A stretch of DNA of 64,000 nt from Malacoraja senta (taxonomy: Eukaryota), in NCBI GenBank assembly GCA_038087875.1, contig JAXLNO010000065.1:1-64000 (forward strand), written 5' to 3'. This document shows positions 12,975 through 25,739 of the stretch, piece by piece. The notes under the pieces are model-generated. The model searched no databases. It was not told where the DNA came from and was given only the letters and a program-made list of their open reading frames with translations. Every line of letters begins with the position of its first letter. Within the stretch, counting starts at the first letter, position 1. A program made the position numbers and the translations under genes.

Positions 12975-13405
12975 TTAGATTAGTTTAGAGATACAGCGCG
13001 GAAGCAGACACTTTGGCCCACTGTGTCCACACTCACCAGTGATCACCCTGCTTACGATATGATAGAACCTTATTTATCCCAGGAGGGAAATTGATCTGCC
13101 AACAGTCATAAAACACAAAATTCACTAAACATGAAATTAAAGCAACGAGTGAAAGGATTGGGGAAGGAAAGGGTGGGGGGGGGGGGGGGGGGGGAAAGTT
13201 CTATCCTACACACTAGGGCAATTTACAGAAGCCAATTAAGCTACAAACCTGCACATCTTTGGAATGTGGGAGGAAACCAGAACACCCAGAGAATGGGAGA
13301 TGGTAAAACTCCAGACAGACAGACAGCACCCGGACTTCGGAATCAAACCCAAGTCTCTGGCCCTGTAAGGCAGCAACTCTGCTGTTGACCCACTGTGCCA
13401 TCCCA
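12975..13405 (-). mobile_element. V-SINE copy interrupted by another retroelement tail (about 13052-13197)
   Basis: SINE tail and head flank a segment related to 11895-11960. Confidence 0.7.
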
Positions 13406-13407
13406 AA

Positions 13408-14142
13408 GTTTAGTTTATTTATTGTCACGTGTGCTGAAGTACAGAGAAAAGTCAAAGAAAAGAATAAATATATATACTGAATACAACCAAAACTTCCGCA
13501 GTGCACAGATGAAGGATAAAGGGTACAAAATTTAGTGCAAGATATAACATTGAAGTCTGGATAACGTCCGATTAAAGCTAGCTCAATGATCACTAAGGAG
13601 GCAGATGGGAGGTCAGGACCACACTTTTGCTGGACCTTTCAGTTGTCTGATAACAGATGTGAAGAAACTGTAAGAAAGAACTGCAGATGCTGGTTTAAAT
13701 CGAAGGTAGACACAAAATGCTGGAGTAACTGAAGAAACTGTCCCTGATTCTGGAGGTATGCATTTTCAAACTTCTGTACTTCTTGCCTAATGGGAGAGGG
13801 GAGAGGGGAGAGAGGGAGTGACCGGGGTGACATTGATCCTTGATTATGCTGGTGGGCTTGCCAAGGCAGCATGAAGTGTAAATGGAGTCGATGGAAGGGA
13901 GGTTAGCTTGTGTGATGGTCTGGGTTATGTCCAGAACTCTCTGCAATTTCTTGCGGTCTTGGATGGAGCTGTTCCCAAACCATGCTGTGGTGCATCCCAG
14001 TAAAATACTTTCTACGGCACATCTGTAGATGTTGGTGAGGGTTGTTGGGGACATGCTGAACTTCCCAAGTCTTCTAAGGAAATAGAGGCATTGGTGCGCT
14101 TTCTTGGCCATAGATTTGATGTGGCTTATTCCAGGACAAGCA
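13408..14142 (-). mobile_element. Rex1/Babar-like LINE 3' fragment containing a 58-bp Penelope-unit insert
   Basis: ORF encodes KKAHQCLYFLRRLGKF...YRCAVESILLGCTTAWFGN. Insert 13672-13729 is flanked by the 12-bp TSD tgaagaaactgt. Confidence 0.8.
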
Positions 14143-14494
14143 CCATCATGTGTCAGTATCATGTGTCCGGGACACCATCATGTGTCTGGGATCCTTTGGG
14201 AGAGCGGTGGTGTTTACTGGGATGATCTGGGAGTGACAGCGATTACTGGGTTGCACAGAGCATGTGTATATTTGCAAATGATTTCCTCTGTGTTTCTCAG
14301 TATTTACAAAAGATCACTTGGAAGTTTGTCTTGATTTGGAGTGACTTCTCCTTGTGTGCAAGAATATTTGAGAGAATCTCTGGGAGAATGTTATTATTTT
14401 ACTGCAAACACCTGCAGCTGTATAATGGTTATGGATTGTATGGCTAGCTGTAGGATGTGCAGGGAACTCCTCATAGCATGGCAATATGCTCATC

Positions 14495-16815
14495 TGAGAA
14501 CGATCCCAGGAATGATTGGGTTAACACATGATGAGCGTTTGATGGCTTGTACTCGCTGGAATTTAGAAGGATGAGGGGGGGACCTTGTTGAAACTTACCG
14601 AATAGTGAAAGGCCTGGATAGAGTGGATGTGGAGAGGATGTTTCCACTGGTGGAAGAGTCTAGGACCAGAGGGCAGAGCCTTAGAAAAAAAAGGATGTAC
14701 CTTTAGATAGGAGAAAAAGAGGAATTTCTTTCGTCAGAGGGTGGTGAGTGTGGAATTCATTGACACAGACGGCTGTCAATGGATATTTTAATGCGGAGAT
14801 TGACAGATTCTTCAAGTCAAGAGAGTTTTATTGTCATGTGTCCCAGATAGGACAATGAAATTCGTGCTTGCTGCAGCACAACAGAATATGTAAACATAAT
14901 ACAGAACAGGAGACAAAAGTTCAGTGTGTCTATATACATAGACCATATATATATACACACAATAAATAAACAGATAAATGCAATAGTAATAATAGACTGT
15001 TATTCTTCAAGAGCTTGTTTGATGTTGTGTTAAATAGCCAGATGGCTGTAGGGAAGTAGCTGTTCCTGAACCTGGTTGTTCCAGTTTCAAGCTCCCTGTA
15101 CCTTGTTCCCGATGGCAACGGAGAGATGAGTGTGTGACCAGGATGGTATGGGTCTTTGATGATGTTGGCAGCCTTTTTAAGGCAGCGACTGCGATAGATC
15201 CCTTCGATGGTGATGATGGACTGGGCAGTGGTTACAACTTTCTGCATTTTTTTTCCGCTCCTGGACGTTCAAGTTGCCGAACCAAGCCACGATGTAGCCA
15301 GTCAGTATGCTCTCTACTGTGCACCTGTAGAAGTTTGAGAGAGTCCTCCTTGACATACCGACTCTCCGTAATCTTCTCAGGAAGTAGAGGCGCTAATGTG
15401 CTTACTTTATAATTGCATCAGTGTGCTGGGACCAGGAAAGATCTTCGGGAATATGCACGCCCAGGAATTTGAAGTTCTTGACCCTTTCCACCATTGATAT
15501 AAACGGGATTGTGGGTCCCTATCCTACCCCTTCCAAAGTCCACAATCAGTTCTTTGGTTTTGCTGGTGTTGAGAGCCAGGTTATTGTGCTGGCACCATTT
15601 GGTCAATCGGTCGATCTCACTTTTATACTCTGACTCGTCACCATCAGTGATTCATCCCACAATAGTGGTGTCATCGGCGAACTTGATGATGGAGTTCGCA
15701 CTATGTCCGGCTACGCAGTCATGAGTACAGAGTGAGTACAGCAGGGGGCTGAGCACGCAGCCTTGAGGTGCCCGTGCAGATTGTTATCGAGGATGCACAT
15801 TTCCGCCAATAAGGACAGACTGTGGTCTCTGAATGAGGGATGTCGAGGATCCAATTGCAGAGGGATGCGCAGAGACCCAAATCTGAGAGCTTGATAACCA
15901 ACTTGGAGGGGATGATGGTATTAAAGCTGTAGTCTATGAACAACAGCCTGACATACGAGTTTTTGTTGTCCAAGTGGAGTGGAAAGCCAGTGAGATCGCA
16001 TCCACCATTGACCTGTTGTGGCGGTAAGCGAACTGCAGAGGGTCAAGGTTCTTGTCGAGGTAGGAGTTGATATGCGCCATAATCAACCTCTCAAAGCACT
16101 TCATCACCACATACGTTAGTGCCACTGGTCGATGGTCATTGAGGCACGTCACCTTGCTCTTCTTGGGCATTATTGATGCCCTTTTAAAGCAGGTGGGAAC
16201 TCAGAAGTGAGAGGTTGAAAATGTCCGTAAAAATTCCAGCCAGTTGGTCTGCACAGGTTTTGAGAACTCGACCGGGTATACCATCAGGTCCAGGCGCTTT
16301 CCGAGGGTTCACCTCTCTGAAGGATCTTCTGATGTCGGCCTCTGTGATTGTGACTGATATACCATCACGGCGAATGGAGGCTCGGGAAGGCACATCAATG
16401 TTCTCCCTATCAAAACGTGCGTAAAACGCATTGAGCTTGTCAGGGAGTGATGCTTCGCTGACATTTGAGCTGCCTCCTGATTTTGTCTTGCAGAAGGTGA
16501 TGGCATTCAAGCCCCGCCACAGTTGCCGAACATCCGTCTCATCCTCCAGTTTGCAGCAGAAGTCCCTTTTGGCCTTTTTGATGGCCTTACCAAGGTCGTA
16601 TCTGGACCTCTTGTAGACCTCTGTATCTCCAGACCTGAATGCCCGGGATCTGGTCTTCAGAAGAATACGGATTCTTGATTGATTGTATGGTTGTCAGGGG
16701 TAACCTGCAGAAGGCAGGTGAATGGGATTGAGTGTGAAAGATAGATCAACCATGATTGAATGGTGGAGTAGACTTGATGGGCCAAATGGCCTCATTCTGC
16801 TCCTAAATATTATGA
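14495..16815 (+). mobile_element. CR1 LINE 3' fragment split by a Rex1 insertion (pieces 14495-14812 and 16670-16815)
   Basis: CR1 3' sequence (gagattgacagattcttgatt...aaggcagg...) resumes after the insertion. Confidence 0.75.
14813..16669 (-). mobile_element. 5'-truncated Rex1/Babar LINE with a frameshifted reverse transcriptase
   Basis: Motifs [76 protein letters not shown] gattctt at 14806-14812 and 16670-16676. Confidence 0.9.
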
Positions 16816-17284
16816 ATATAAACAGGTGATACAGCAGCATTGTATCAATATTTATTGGAATCTGTTGTGAGTTTGTGTTTATTGAGTAAACTGCCCACCA
16901 TCTTGTAGACAGAACTCTGACCTCTTTTACTGTGTATACACTATTCTGTCGCAGAAGAGGGATATTTAATGCCTGCCCAGTTTATGTGTCACAGTGACCA
17001 TGAGATTTATTAGGGACCGATTACTGAGAGCAAGCTTCTCTCAGGAGAGTGAGATCTGTTTATAGCAACCAAACGCATTCATTCATTTCATGCCTCTAAC
17101 AAAATAGAGCATCCCAAGATACTTCACAAGAATGTTAACAAATCAAACTCAAAACTGGTGCCAAAAGTGCAGTTGGAAATGTAGGTTTTAAAATGCAATG
17201 GCCAGGTAGAGGTGGCAATGCCTGTAGGTTTGGAGAGAAAGTTAGGCAGAGCAATAGCAGATGTAATTTAATCCTGATACGATA

Positions 17285-17861
17285 GGCAATAGACAATAGA
17301 CAATAGGTGCAGGAGTAGGCCATTCGGCCCTTTGAGCCAGCACTGCCATTCAATGTGATCATGGCTGATCATCCCCAATCAGTACCACGTTCCTGCCTTC
17401 TCCCCATATCCCCTGACTCCGCTATCTTTAAGAGCCCTATCAAGCTCTCTCTTGAAAGTATCCAGAGAAACCGGCCTCCACTGCCCTCTGAGGCAGAGAA
17501 TTCCACAGACTCACAACTCTTTTCGCTCACGAGAAAAAAGTGTTTCCTCGTCTCCGTTCTAAATGGCTTACACCTTATTCTTAAACTGTGGCCCCTGGTT
17601 CTGGATTCCCCCAACATCGGGAACATGTTTCCTGCCTCTAGCGTGTCCAAACCCTTATATGTTTCAATAAGATTCCCTCTCATCCTTCTAAACTCCAGAG
17701 AGTACAAGCCCAGCTGCTCCATTCTCTCAGCATATGACAGTCCCGCCATCCCGGGAATTAACCTTGTAAACCTGCGCTGCACTCCCTCAATAGCAAGAAT
17801 GTCCTTCCTCAAATTAGGGGACCCAAACTGCAAACAATACTCCAGGTGTGGTCTCACTAGG
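17285..17861 (-). mobile_element. CR1 LINE 3' end
   Basis: Encodes RPHLEYCLQFGSP...IEGVQRRFTRLIPG...RTRGHSL; (caataga)n tail on the + strand. Confidence 0.9.
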
Positions 17862-18148
17862 GAACGTGTGAGGAAACACTCTTAGGGAGGTCTAACAAGA
17901 GTAGATAACAACCATATCCAGAGCCTTAGGGAGTATTGAACAAACTGAGAGATCTCGACCAAGAACAATGATTGCTGAAGGTGGTGAAGATGCACATGGC
18001 ATTTTGTCTTCATAAGCCAGCGTGCAGATGTAAGAACAGATAGAATGGAAACCAGAACTGTACACAGTTCTCCAGCTATGGTATAACTTTATAAGACATT
18101 AGTTAGGGCGTAGCTGCAGTACTGTGTACAATTCTGATTTAGTTTATA

Positions 18149-18382
18149 AACACAAAATGCTGAAGTAACTCAGCAGGCCAGGCAGCATCTCTGGATAGGA
18201 ATGGGTGACGTTTCCGGTCGAGACCCTTCTTTAGCCAGACTCAGGCTCAGTCTGAAGAATGGTCTGGACCCAAAACATCACCCATTCCTTCTATCCAGAG
18301 GTGCTGCTTGTTCTGCTAAGTTACTCCACCAATTTGTGTCTATCTTCGGTGTAAACCAACATCTGCAGTTCCTTCCTACACA
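18149..18382. mobile_element. Head-to-head inverted Penelope-derived hammerhead unit
   Basis: Arm 18149-18233 is the approximate reverse complement of arm 18252-18340. Confidence 0.75.
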
Positions 18383-18395
18383 TACTGATTCAGTA

Positions 18396-19222
18396 CACGG
18401 GGGCGCTGCTAGACGGCTGCCCTGCCAGCAGCTTGTTAGTCATTTCTAATTTTTTTGTTTTTTTTAGTATGTCCAAATGTGTGTTTTAATGTCTCTCGGT
18501 GTATCTTGTGTGGGGGGTGGTGTGGGGAAACCGCTTTCGGTCGCCTCCTCCACGGAGAGGCGACTTTTTGCATGTCGCCTCCCTCGCGACCTAACACCAA
18601 GGATTGGTGCGGCCTTTCCCGGAGTCGGTCCCGGAGCTTCAGCAGCGGGCGCAGCGTGAACTTTTCCGATCGCTGGCCCGCGGACTGGTCAGTCTGAAGC
18701 CGCGGACTGCGGAGCTTCTAGCCGCGGGTGCGGCGTCCGGAGCCTGGGATCCCTCGTTGGGGACCTCCGGAGAAGAAGAGCTACGACCCGCCGGCCCACG
18801 GCCTGCAACACCTTGAAGCCGCGGATTGCGGAGCTTCTAGCCGTGGGCACGGCGGGGACTTACTTACCATCCGGAGCGGGATCCATCGCCGGGAATCCCT
18901 GGAGAAGAGCTCCGACCACCGGCCTGCAGCCGACGTCATCCTGAAGCTGCGGTCTCCGGTAGGGAAGCACCGATTCGGGACTTACCTTCCAGACGAGAGG
19001 GCCTGTCATCTGGCCGCCCGCAGCGGCGACTGCGGAGGTTATCGCTCCGACCACGGGGGAAAATGGAGGAGGACTGACTGTGCTTTGTGCCTTCCACCAC
19101 AGTGAAGAATGCTGTGGTGGATGTTTGTGTTCAATTTTTATTGTGTATTGTGTGTTCTTTTTTATTGTAAGTTAATTTCACTGCACTTTATTGTGTATGT
19201 GATGAATAAATCTGATTGATTG
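18396..19222 (+). mobile_element. CpG-rich non-autonomous retroelement with internal ~120-bp tandem units and a Rex1-like 3' end
   Basis: Repeated tgaagccgcggaYtgcggagcttctagccgYggg at about 18695 and 18814. Ends aatttcactgcac...gaataaa plus (gatt)n. A related copy lies at about 49290-50630. Confidence 0.6.
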
Positions 19223-19226
19223 AGTT

Positions 19227-19510
19227 TATTTTAGTTTAGTTTAGAGATCCAGCGTGGAAATAGCCCCTCTGGCCCACTGGGTCCACGCTGGCCAACAATC
19301 ACCCCATACACTAGTTCTATCCTACACGCTAGGGGCAATTTACAGAAGCCAAGTAACTTACAATGGAGTGTGAGAGGAAACCGGAAAACCCACGTGGTCA
19401 CAGGGGGGACATCCAAACTCCATACAAACAGCAGCCGTAGTCAGGATCAAACCCGGGTCTCTGGTGCTGTAAGGCAGCAACTCTACCGCTGCGCCACTGA
19501 GCCACCACTG
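19227..19510 (-). mobile_element. V-SINE copy
   Basis: (tttag)n tail and tRNA-like head on the - strand. Confidence 0.85.
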
Positions 19511-19932
19511 ATCTCCCTACTGATGAGATGGTGCAGAAATTCACCAGCACATTGCCTGTGCTGGAATGTTTCAGTCAGAGAGAGATCGAGCAGAGTAGGT
19601 GGAGGGGGAGCATGAAGGAAAGTTATGAAAGCAACACATAGGATAGATAGTAAGAACATTTGCACCATGGCAAAGATATAGGTATAAGGTGAGGAATAAA
19701 AGGTTTATATAGGATCTGAGGAGGAATCTATTCACCCAGAGGATAGTTTGAATCCAGAATGCCCTGCCATAGAAGGTGATGTGGCCACTTTCTGACCTTA
19801 AGACATCCAAAATAAATTTGCAACTAATTATGTATTTTCAAAGCTGTTCAGTACCGTAATTCAGGAAAGATATGTGCTCAGCTGCATTCCACAGATTATG
19901 GGGGGAGAATTGGGCATCGATGAGGTGGAAGG

Positions 19933-20057
19933 TTTAAGAAGGAACTGCAGATGCTGGAAAATCGAAGGTAGACAAAAATGCTGGAGAAACTCAGCGGGTG
20001 AGGCAGCATCTATGGAGCGAAGGAAATAGGCGACGTTTGGGGTCGAGACCCTTCTTC
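19933..20057 (-). mobile_element. Short Penelope-derived hammerhead unit
   Basis: 10-bp TSD aggtggaagg at 19923-19932 and 20058-20067. Confidence 0.8.
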
Positions 20058-20379
20058 AGGTGGAAGGGGTGGTTTATTGTGGATTCTGCTATCATTGGGC
20101 CAATATATTGCACCCTTTCATCAGATCCAACATCTATTCAATTCCTCTCTCGTGCAGACATTCCCAAGAGCAGTGGAATTATTCCCGGGATCCTGGCCAA
20201 TTCACGTATGTCTCAATCAGAGTGCATCAGATTATTTAGCTATTATCATCACTGAATGGGAAACAAAACAGTTGCCATACTTCTGACATTGCAGCAGTTC
20301 AGAGAGCACTGAGCTTTCTATACAGAACTGGGTGGTGCTCTGATATAATGAAAGATGCTGTACAATACAAGTCTCTCAA

Positions 20380-20670
20380 GGGCAGCACGGTGGTGCAGCT
20401 GTAGAGTTACTGCCTTACAGTGCTTACAGCGGCAGAGATCGGGTTCGATCCCGACTACAAAGTTTGTACGTTCTGCCCATGACCGCATGGGTTTTCTTCA
20501 AGAACTTCGGTTTCCTCCCACTCCAAAGACGTACTGGTTTGTAGGTTAATTGCCTCGGGATATATGTAAATTGTCTCTCGTGCGTGTAAGATAGTGTTAA
20601 TGTGTGGGGACTGTGGTCAGTGCGGACTCGGTGGGCTGAAGGGCCTGTTTCCGCGCTGTATCTCTAAACA
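20380..20670 (+). mobile_element. V-SINE copy
   Basis: A and B boxes, V-domain and CR1-type tail. Confidence 0.85.
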
Positions 20671-21124
20671 ACTTTGTTTATATTGAGCAAACTACTCAGG
20701 ATTTACTCACCTCATGGTGACAGTTGCCACGGCACCAAGATACGCCAGTGTTTCTATCTCTAGGTATGAAGAGACCCATTTGACATATTGCCGTACTTGG
20801 GATCGCTTGCAACATTGATGAATGAGCGGTTCGCTGGGCGGTCAGAAGGATTGTGGCTTTGTGTCCCACATCAATACCTGCAGTTGTTCAGGCTGAAGCT
20901 TTGATATCAGGAGCCATGAATCTAATCCTCATGACATGCTTCTCCCCGTAATACACTCATAGAGTCATTGATTCATACAGTGTGAGAACAGGCCCTTCGG
21001 CCCAACTTGCCCGCCCTCATTCACAAAGAGTAGAGTGAGGAAGGGCAGCCAGGAGCATGTTGGAATAACATTATTCATTTTCACTTCTTTGAAATAATCA
21101 GGTCAGTGGCAAGAAATGAGGTAA

Positions 21125-21422
21125 GCACAGTGGCACAGCAGTAGAGTTGCTGCCTTACAGTGCCAGAGACCCGGGTTCAATCCTGACTATGGGTGCTGTC
21201 TGTACGGAGTTTGTGCGTTCACTCTGTGACTGCTTGGGTTTCCTCCGGGTGCTCCAATTTCCTCCCACACTCCAAAGACATACAGGTTTGTAGGTCAATT
21301 GGCTTCGGTAAAAATTGTAAATTGTTCTTGGTGTGTAGGATGGTGCTAGTGTACGGGGTGACTGCTGTTTGGCGCGGACACCGTGGGCCGAAGGGCCTGT
21401 TTCCGTGCTGTATCTTAAATCT
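21125..21422 (+). mobile_element. V-SINE copy
   Basis: A and B boxes, V-domain and CR1-type tail. Confidence 0.85.
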
Positions 21423-23067
21423 CAAATGGCGAGTCAGATAGGCAGAGGAGAATGAAGTACATAGAACATAGAACAGGGAAGAGGCCCTTCAGCCCACAGG
21501 ACGCCAAGTTAAACTAATCTCCTCTACCTACATGTCATCCATATCCCTCCATTCCTTACATATCCAAGTAGTCAGACATGGCGACAAGATGGACAGAAAG
21601 ACCAAATCTGAAATGGAAACGGAGGTTGTGAGCTATCTGATTGCAAGTTTGCAATGGTTAGTTAATGAGTAGGGACCAACGATAATGTGACAGAACCTGG
21701 AGGCAGTGGCAAGCTCTGGCCTCAACAAATGTATGGGCAATGCGCCCAGTGGGAACATTCGCCCAGAAGTCTCCATGACAACCGTCACATCATCGATAGG
21801 GCCTTTCCCCTCATGGTCCAAAACTGAGCTCAGCAAATCAACAGCTGGATAAGTCACTCCCCCTCACTTTAAAAGTTATAGAATCACACAGCACGGAAAC
21901 AGGCCCTTCAGCCCAACTCACCCATGCCGACCAAGATGCCCCATCTAAGCTGGTCATAGTCTGCATTTTTTAGAGAAAGTTCTGAATTTTCTCATTATAT
22001 TCAGAATCATTCGAAAATGCTCACAGAAATCTTAAATGTGTAGAAAGCCAAAATGAAAAACATACACGCATTAAAATAAGTTCCAGTCAAAAATGTTTCT
22101 TGAACAATTTGCAACACTTTTAACGAACTTCAACCCGTTTCAGAAACCCATTGCAGATATGAATAGAAATTCTTAGGATATTTTTTAAAGTGTATTTTTA
22201 AAACTTTTAACGTATTGAAAAAAAATGTAAGAGGCTTTTTGCAGCTGTTACCTTCAACTGAAATCAATAGGTGGCTTCCCTGTTGTGCTTCCTCACAACT
22301 GGAATGAATGTCTGAAGGAACCTGACCCAAAACGTCACCTATCCATGTTGCCCAGAGATGCTGCCTGGCCCGATGAGAGACTCCAGCACTTTTTGTCTTC
22401 TGGAGTGAATGTCTAGTGTGTCCACTTAGCCCAAGATCCCTCTCCTCTGCTGAATTCCATGCGGAGTCCAGCATCAGTGGACAGACTAAAGCCTGGCCGA
22501 TCCCAACCCGTGGTTCCAAAGTTGAGGTCAATCACAGGGGGTGAGAAAGTTCCACGCACGTTATCTCCTACATTCTGACCCGTTCTCCCCACTGGCGGAG
22601 ATTTCTGCTCGTGCGGGGCTGAGAGCCACATGATCAGTCTGATGACTTGGAGATGGCAGAAGCAGTGAGCAGGTTGACATCCGTTTTGAAACAAGCAGGC
22701 TGGTCTTCAATCATCATCAGAGGCATGTAGTCTCTCTCTGCAATAATGTGTCTGCAGAGATCTCCTGGACGACTCGGTGTCAAGCATTCGCTGGCTTGCT
22801 TTAAGCTAATCATGTCAAACAGCATGTCTGATTAATAAACCTGCTCCACTCCCTTCATTACTCCAAAGACGTCAGTACGAATGCTGGTTTACATTCCAGG
22901 CAGATTGAGGGATTCGGCTGGCCAATTGGACCATTCTCCGGGAGCCCTGTCAGGGGTGCCATCTTTCACATGTTATGTGAGCGTTTTGGTGAAGGGATAG
23001 GAACTGGCCCAGTGCATGACCCAACGGTTGATTCTCTACTAAAAGAAAACAATCACTCTTTAGAGGA

Positions 23068-23266
23068 GATAGACACAAAGTGCTGGAGTAACTCAGTGGG
23101 TCTGGCAGCATCTCTGGAGAAAAAGGATGGGTGAAGGTGGTCTGAAGAAGGATCCCGACCCGAAACATCACCTGTCCTTTTTCTCCAGCGGTGCTCCCTG
23201 ACCCGCTGAGTTACTCCAGCACTTTGTGTCTATTTTTGATGTAAACCACCAACTGCAGTTCTACAC
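23068..23266. mobile_element. Inverted Penelope-derived hammerhead unit
   Basis: gacacaaagtgctggagtaactcag ... ctgagttactccagcactttgtgtc inverted arms around a core at about 23141-23169. Confidence 0.75.
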
Positions 23267-23727
23267 TTCTGCTGTTTAGAGGAGTTTATGCTGTACAGAC
23301 TCACACTGCATTTTCCACATTTTAATACCAAGCATTCAAAAAGCTTGCTGAAGCACACAGAGGCCATTGGATCCCCCATTGCCAATACGCTGGACTTGTG
23401 TAGAAGGACACGGTGCCAACGTACAGTTGAATATCCTGCAAAAATTAGGGAAATTTGCCAGAGGCACATTTATAAGCAGTGCATTTAACCTGCTCAGCAT
23501 GGACAGGTTGGGCCGAAGAGCCCGTTTCCATTACAGCTTTATGACTCCATGCTCTGATATCCTAGGCAAAAACATAGAAAATAGGAATAGGAGGGGGGCA
23601 TTCGGCCCTCTGTGCCTGCCAGCCATTCATGGCTGATCATCCAAATTCTGCCTCTGTTCCAGCTTTCTGGAAATGTCCCGTAACCTTTCTGCCATTAACA
23701 CTAACTCTGTCTGGATTAGAGAGTGTA

Positions 23728-24420
23728 CAGTAAACCCTCGTTACGTCGGACGATAAGGGAGGGGAATGGTATCCGTTATATCCGATCGTCCGCTATAACA
23801 GAGTAAGGGATTATCATTGTATAAGTAGTAGATAGAAGGAACCAGACTCGATACATGTGATTTAGAATTAAATGTTATTTGGGACAGCTCCTATGAACCA
23901 TTTAGACATTATACAACATTGTGCCATTGTTTTAAAGTCTCCAGCAACCTCACCTCTCTGTTCATTCCTTTAGTGACCCATTCATCACCTGATCGCCTGG
24001 ATCCCTGTGGCCACAAATCTCAGATTCCTGAATTTTTATTCCGTACCCAGCTCCTAAGTGGCCGGTCTCTTTGATTCAAATAGCCTTTGGGTTTTAGCAG
24101 TTCAATATATTTCAATGAGCAATCTCCTCACATGGCCTTTGATAAATCAACCTATATGTTTAATTTTTTACAAGCAATTCATATGCATTTACAAGTCCTG
24201 AAATTTATATAACAGTAATAAATTTATGGAGTGTCAAGCGTAAAAATTATATACACTACAAATGCAAATTTTACCATAGATTTACAAACCCTTCCACACA
24301 TTAAATAGCTTTAAAGTGTCCTTTTTGACTAAGTAGTTCAATTAACAAATCTTGATTTTGTTTTTTAATACATTTATAATCGGCTCATTTGATTATTAAC
24401 TCTGTAATCTGCGAATGTTA
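23728..24420. mobile_element. pogo/Tigger-like DNA transposon end; partner TIR not seen, right boundary uncertain
   Basis: ta|cagtaaaccctcgtta followed by an AT-rich interior. Confidence 0.5.
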
Positions 24421-24697
24421 GTTCAGTAGTCAGTCCCAGAATCATAGAAACAAACAGCAAGGTAACAGGCCCTTCAGCCCATTGCATCCATGTTGACCAT
24501 CAAGAACACATCTACACTTATCCTGTTGGTGCTTGTGTTTGTGCGACCCCTTTGACATGCAACAATGTCAGCAGGTTGCCAGTCCATTGCAATCCCCAGT
24601 AGGAGTTGGACACAGCAAGTATTTCACTATCATCTGCCATACACAATTGAGCAAAGTCCACATTTATGACTATTTCCCCCGGTTTAATAAAGGTATC

Positions 24698-24795
24698 CAC
24701 CGAAGATAGACAAAAAATGCTGGAGTAACTCAGCGGGTCAGGCAGCATCTCTGGAGAAAAGGAATAGGTGACGTTTCAGGACGAGACCCTTCTTC
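24698..24795 (-). mobile_element. Short Penelope-derived hammerhead unit
   Basis: 14-bp TSD ttaataaaggtatc at 24684-24697 and 24796-24809. Confidence 0.8.
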
Positions 24796-25409
24796 TTAAT
24801 AAAGGTATCATTCCCTTTAAAATAATATGAGTAGACCTTCAAGAATTGGGTGCACTGTGTAGTGCGACATTTTATACATTGTTGTACCAGGCGCCGAATT
24901 CAGTTGGGGTTTTAGTGCCTTCAATGAAGGATGATCTTGTTTACAAGTCAAACTCTGTTATCTTCAAGACGAAAGATTCAAGGGGCACTGCATCAAGCTG
25001 ATGATGATGCTACTTGGGTCAGTATCAGGACAATGACCTGAACAAAGTAAAACGAGAAAATAGGGTTCACTTGGAGCTGTAATGATGGTGGTGGATTCTC
25101 AGTGAGCTTGAGAAAAGAGAGTGGATTCAGACATATGGAATGGGTGGAGATTTTCCATTGTGGTCCAGGGAAACAACACGACAGAGAAGAGAAGCTGCTG
25201 ATGTTCAGAAGTTCACACTGCTAGTGGTAGGAGCAGAATTAGACCATTCGGCCCATCATGTCTACTCCGCCATTCAATCATGGCTGATCTATCTTTCCCT
25301 CACAACCCCATTCTGCTGCCTTCTCCCCGTAACCCCTGACACCCTTACCAATCAATCAATCTCCACCTTAAAAATATATATTGACAGCCTCCACAGCCGT
25401 CAGATGCTA

Positions 25410-25715
25410 AGTTTAGTTTAGAGATGCAACATGAAAACAGGCCCTTCGACTCACCAGATCCGTGCTGACCAGCGATCCCCGCAAACTAACACGATCCAAC
25501 ACACTAGGGACAATCTTTACAATTTTCCAGAAGGCATTTAACCTACAAACCTGTACATCTTTGGAGTGTGGGAAGAAACCGGAGTACCTGGAGAAAACCC
25601 ACGTAGGTCACGGGGAGAACAAACAAACTCCGTACAGACAGCACCCATAATCAGGATTGAACTCAGGTCTCTGACATTGTAAGGTAGCAACTCTACTGCT
25701 GCGCCACCATGCACC
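25410..25715 (-). mobile_element. V-SINE copy
   Basis: Tail, V-domain and head on the - strand. Confidence 0.85.
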
Positions 25716-25739
25716 TGGGAGCGTGAATTACTGCCGACT

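Noticed and set aside
20723..21782. RFX X-box-like motifs (gttgccacggcacc at about 20723; gtctccatgacaac at about 21770)
   Set aside because: Isolated imperfect matches with no supporting context.
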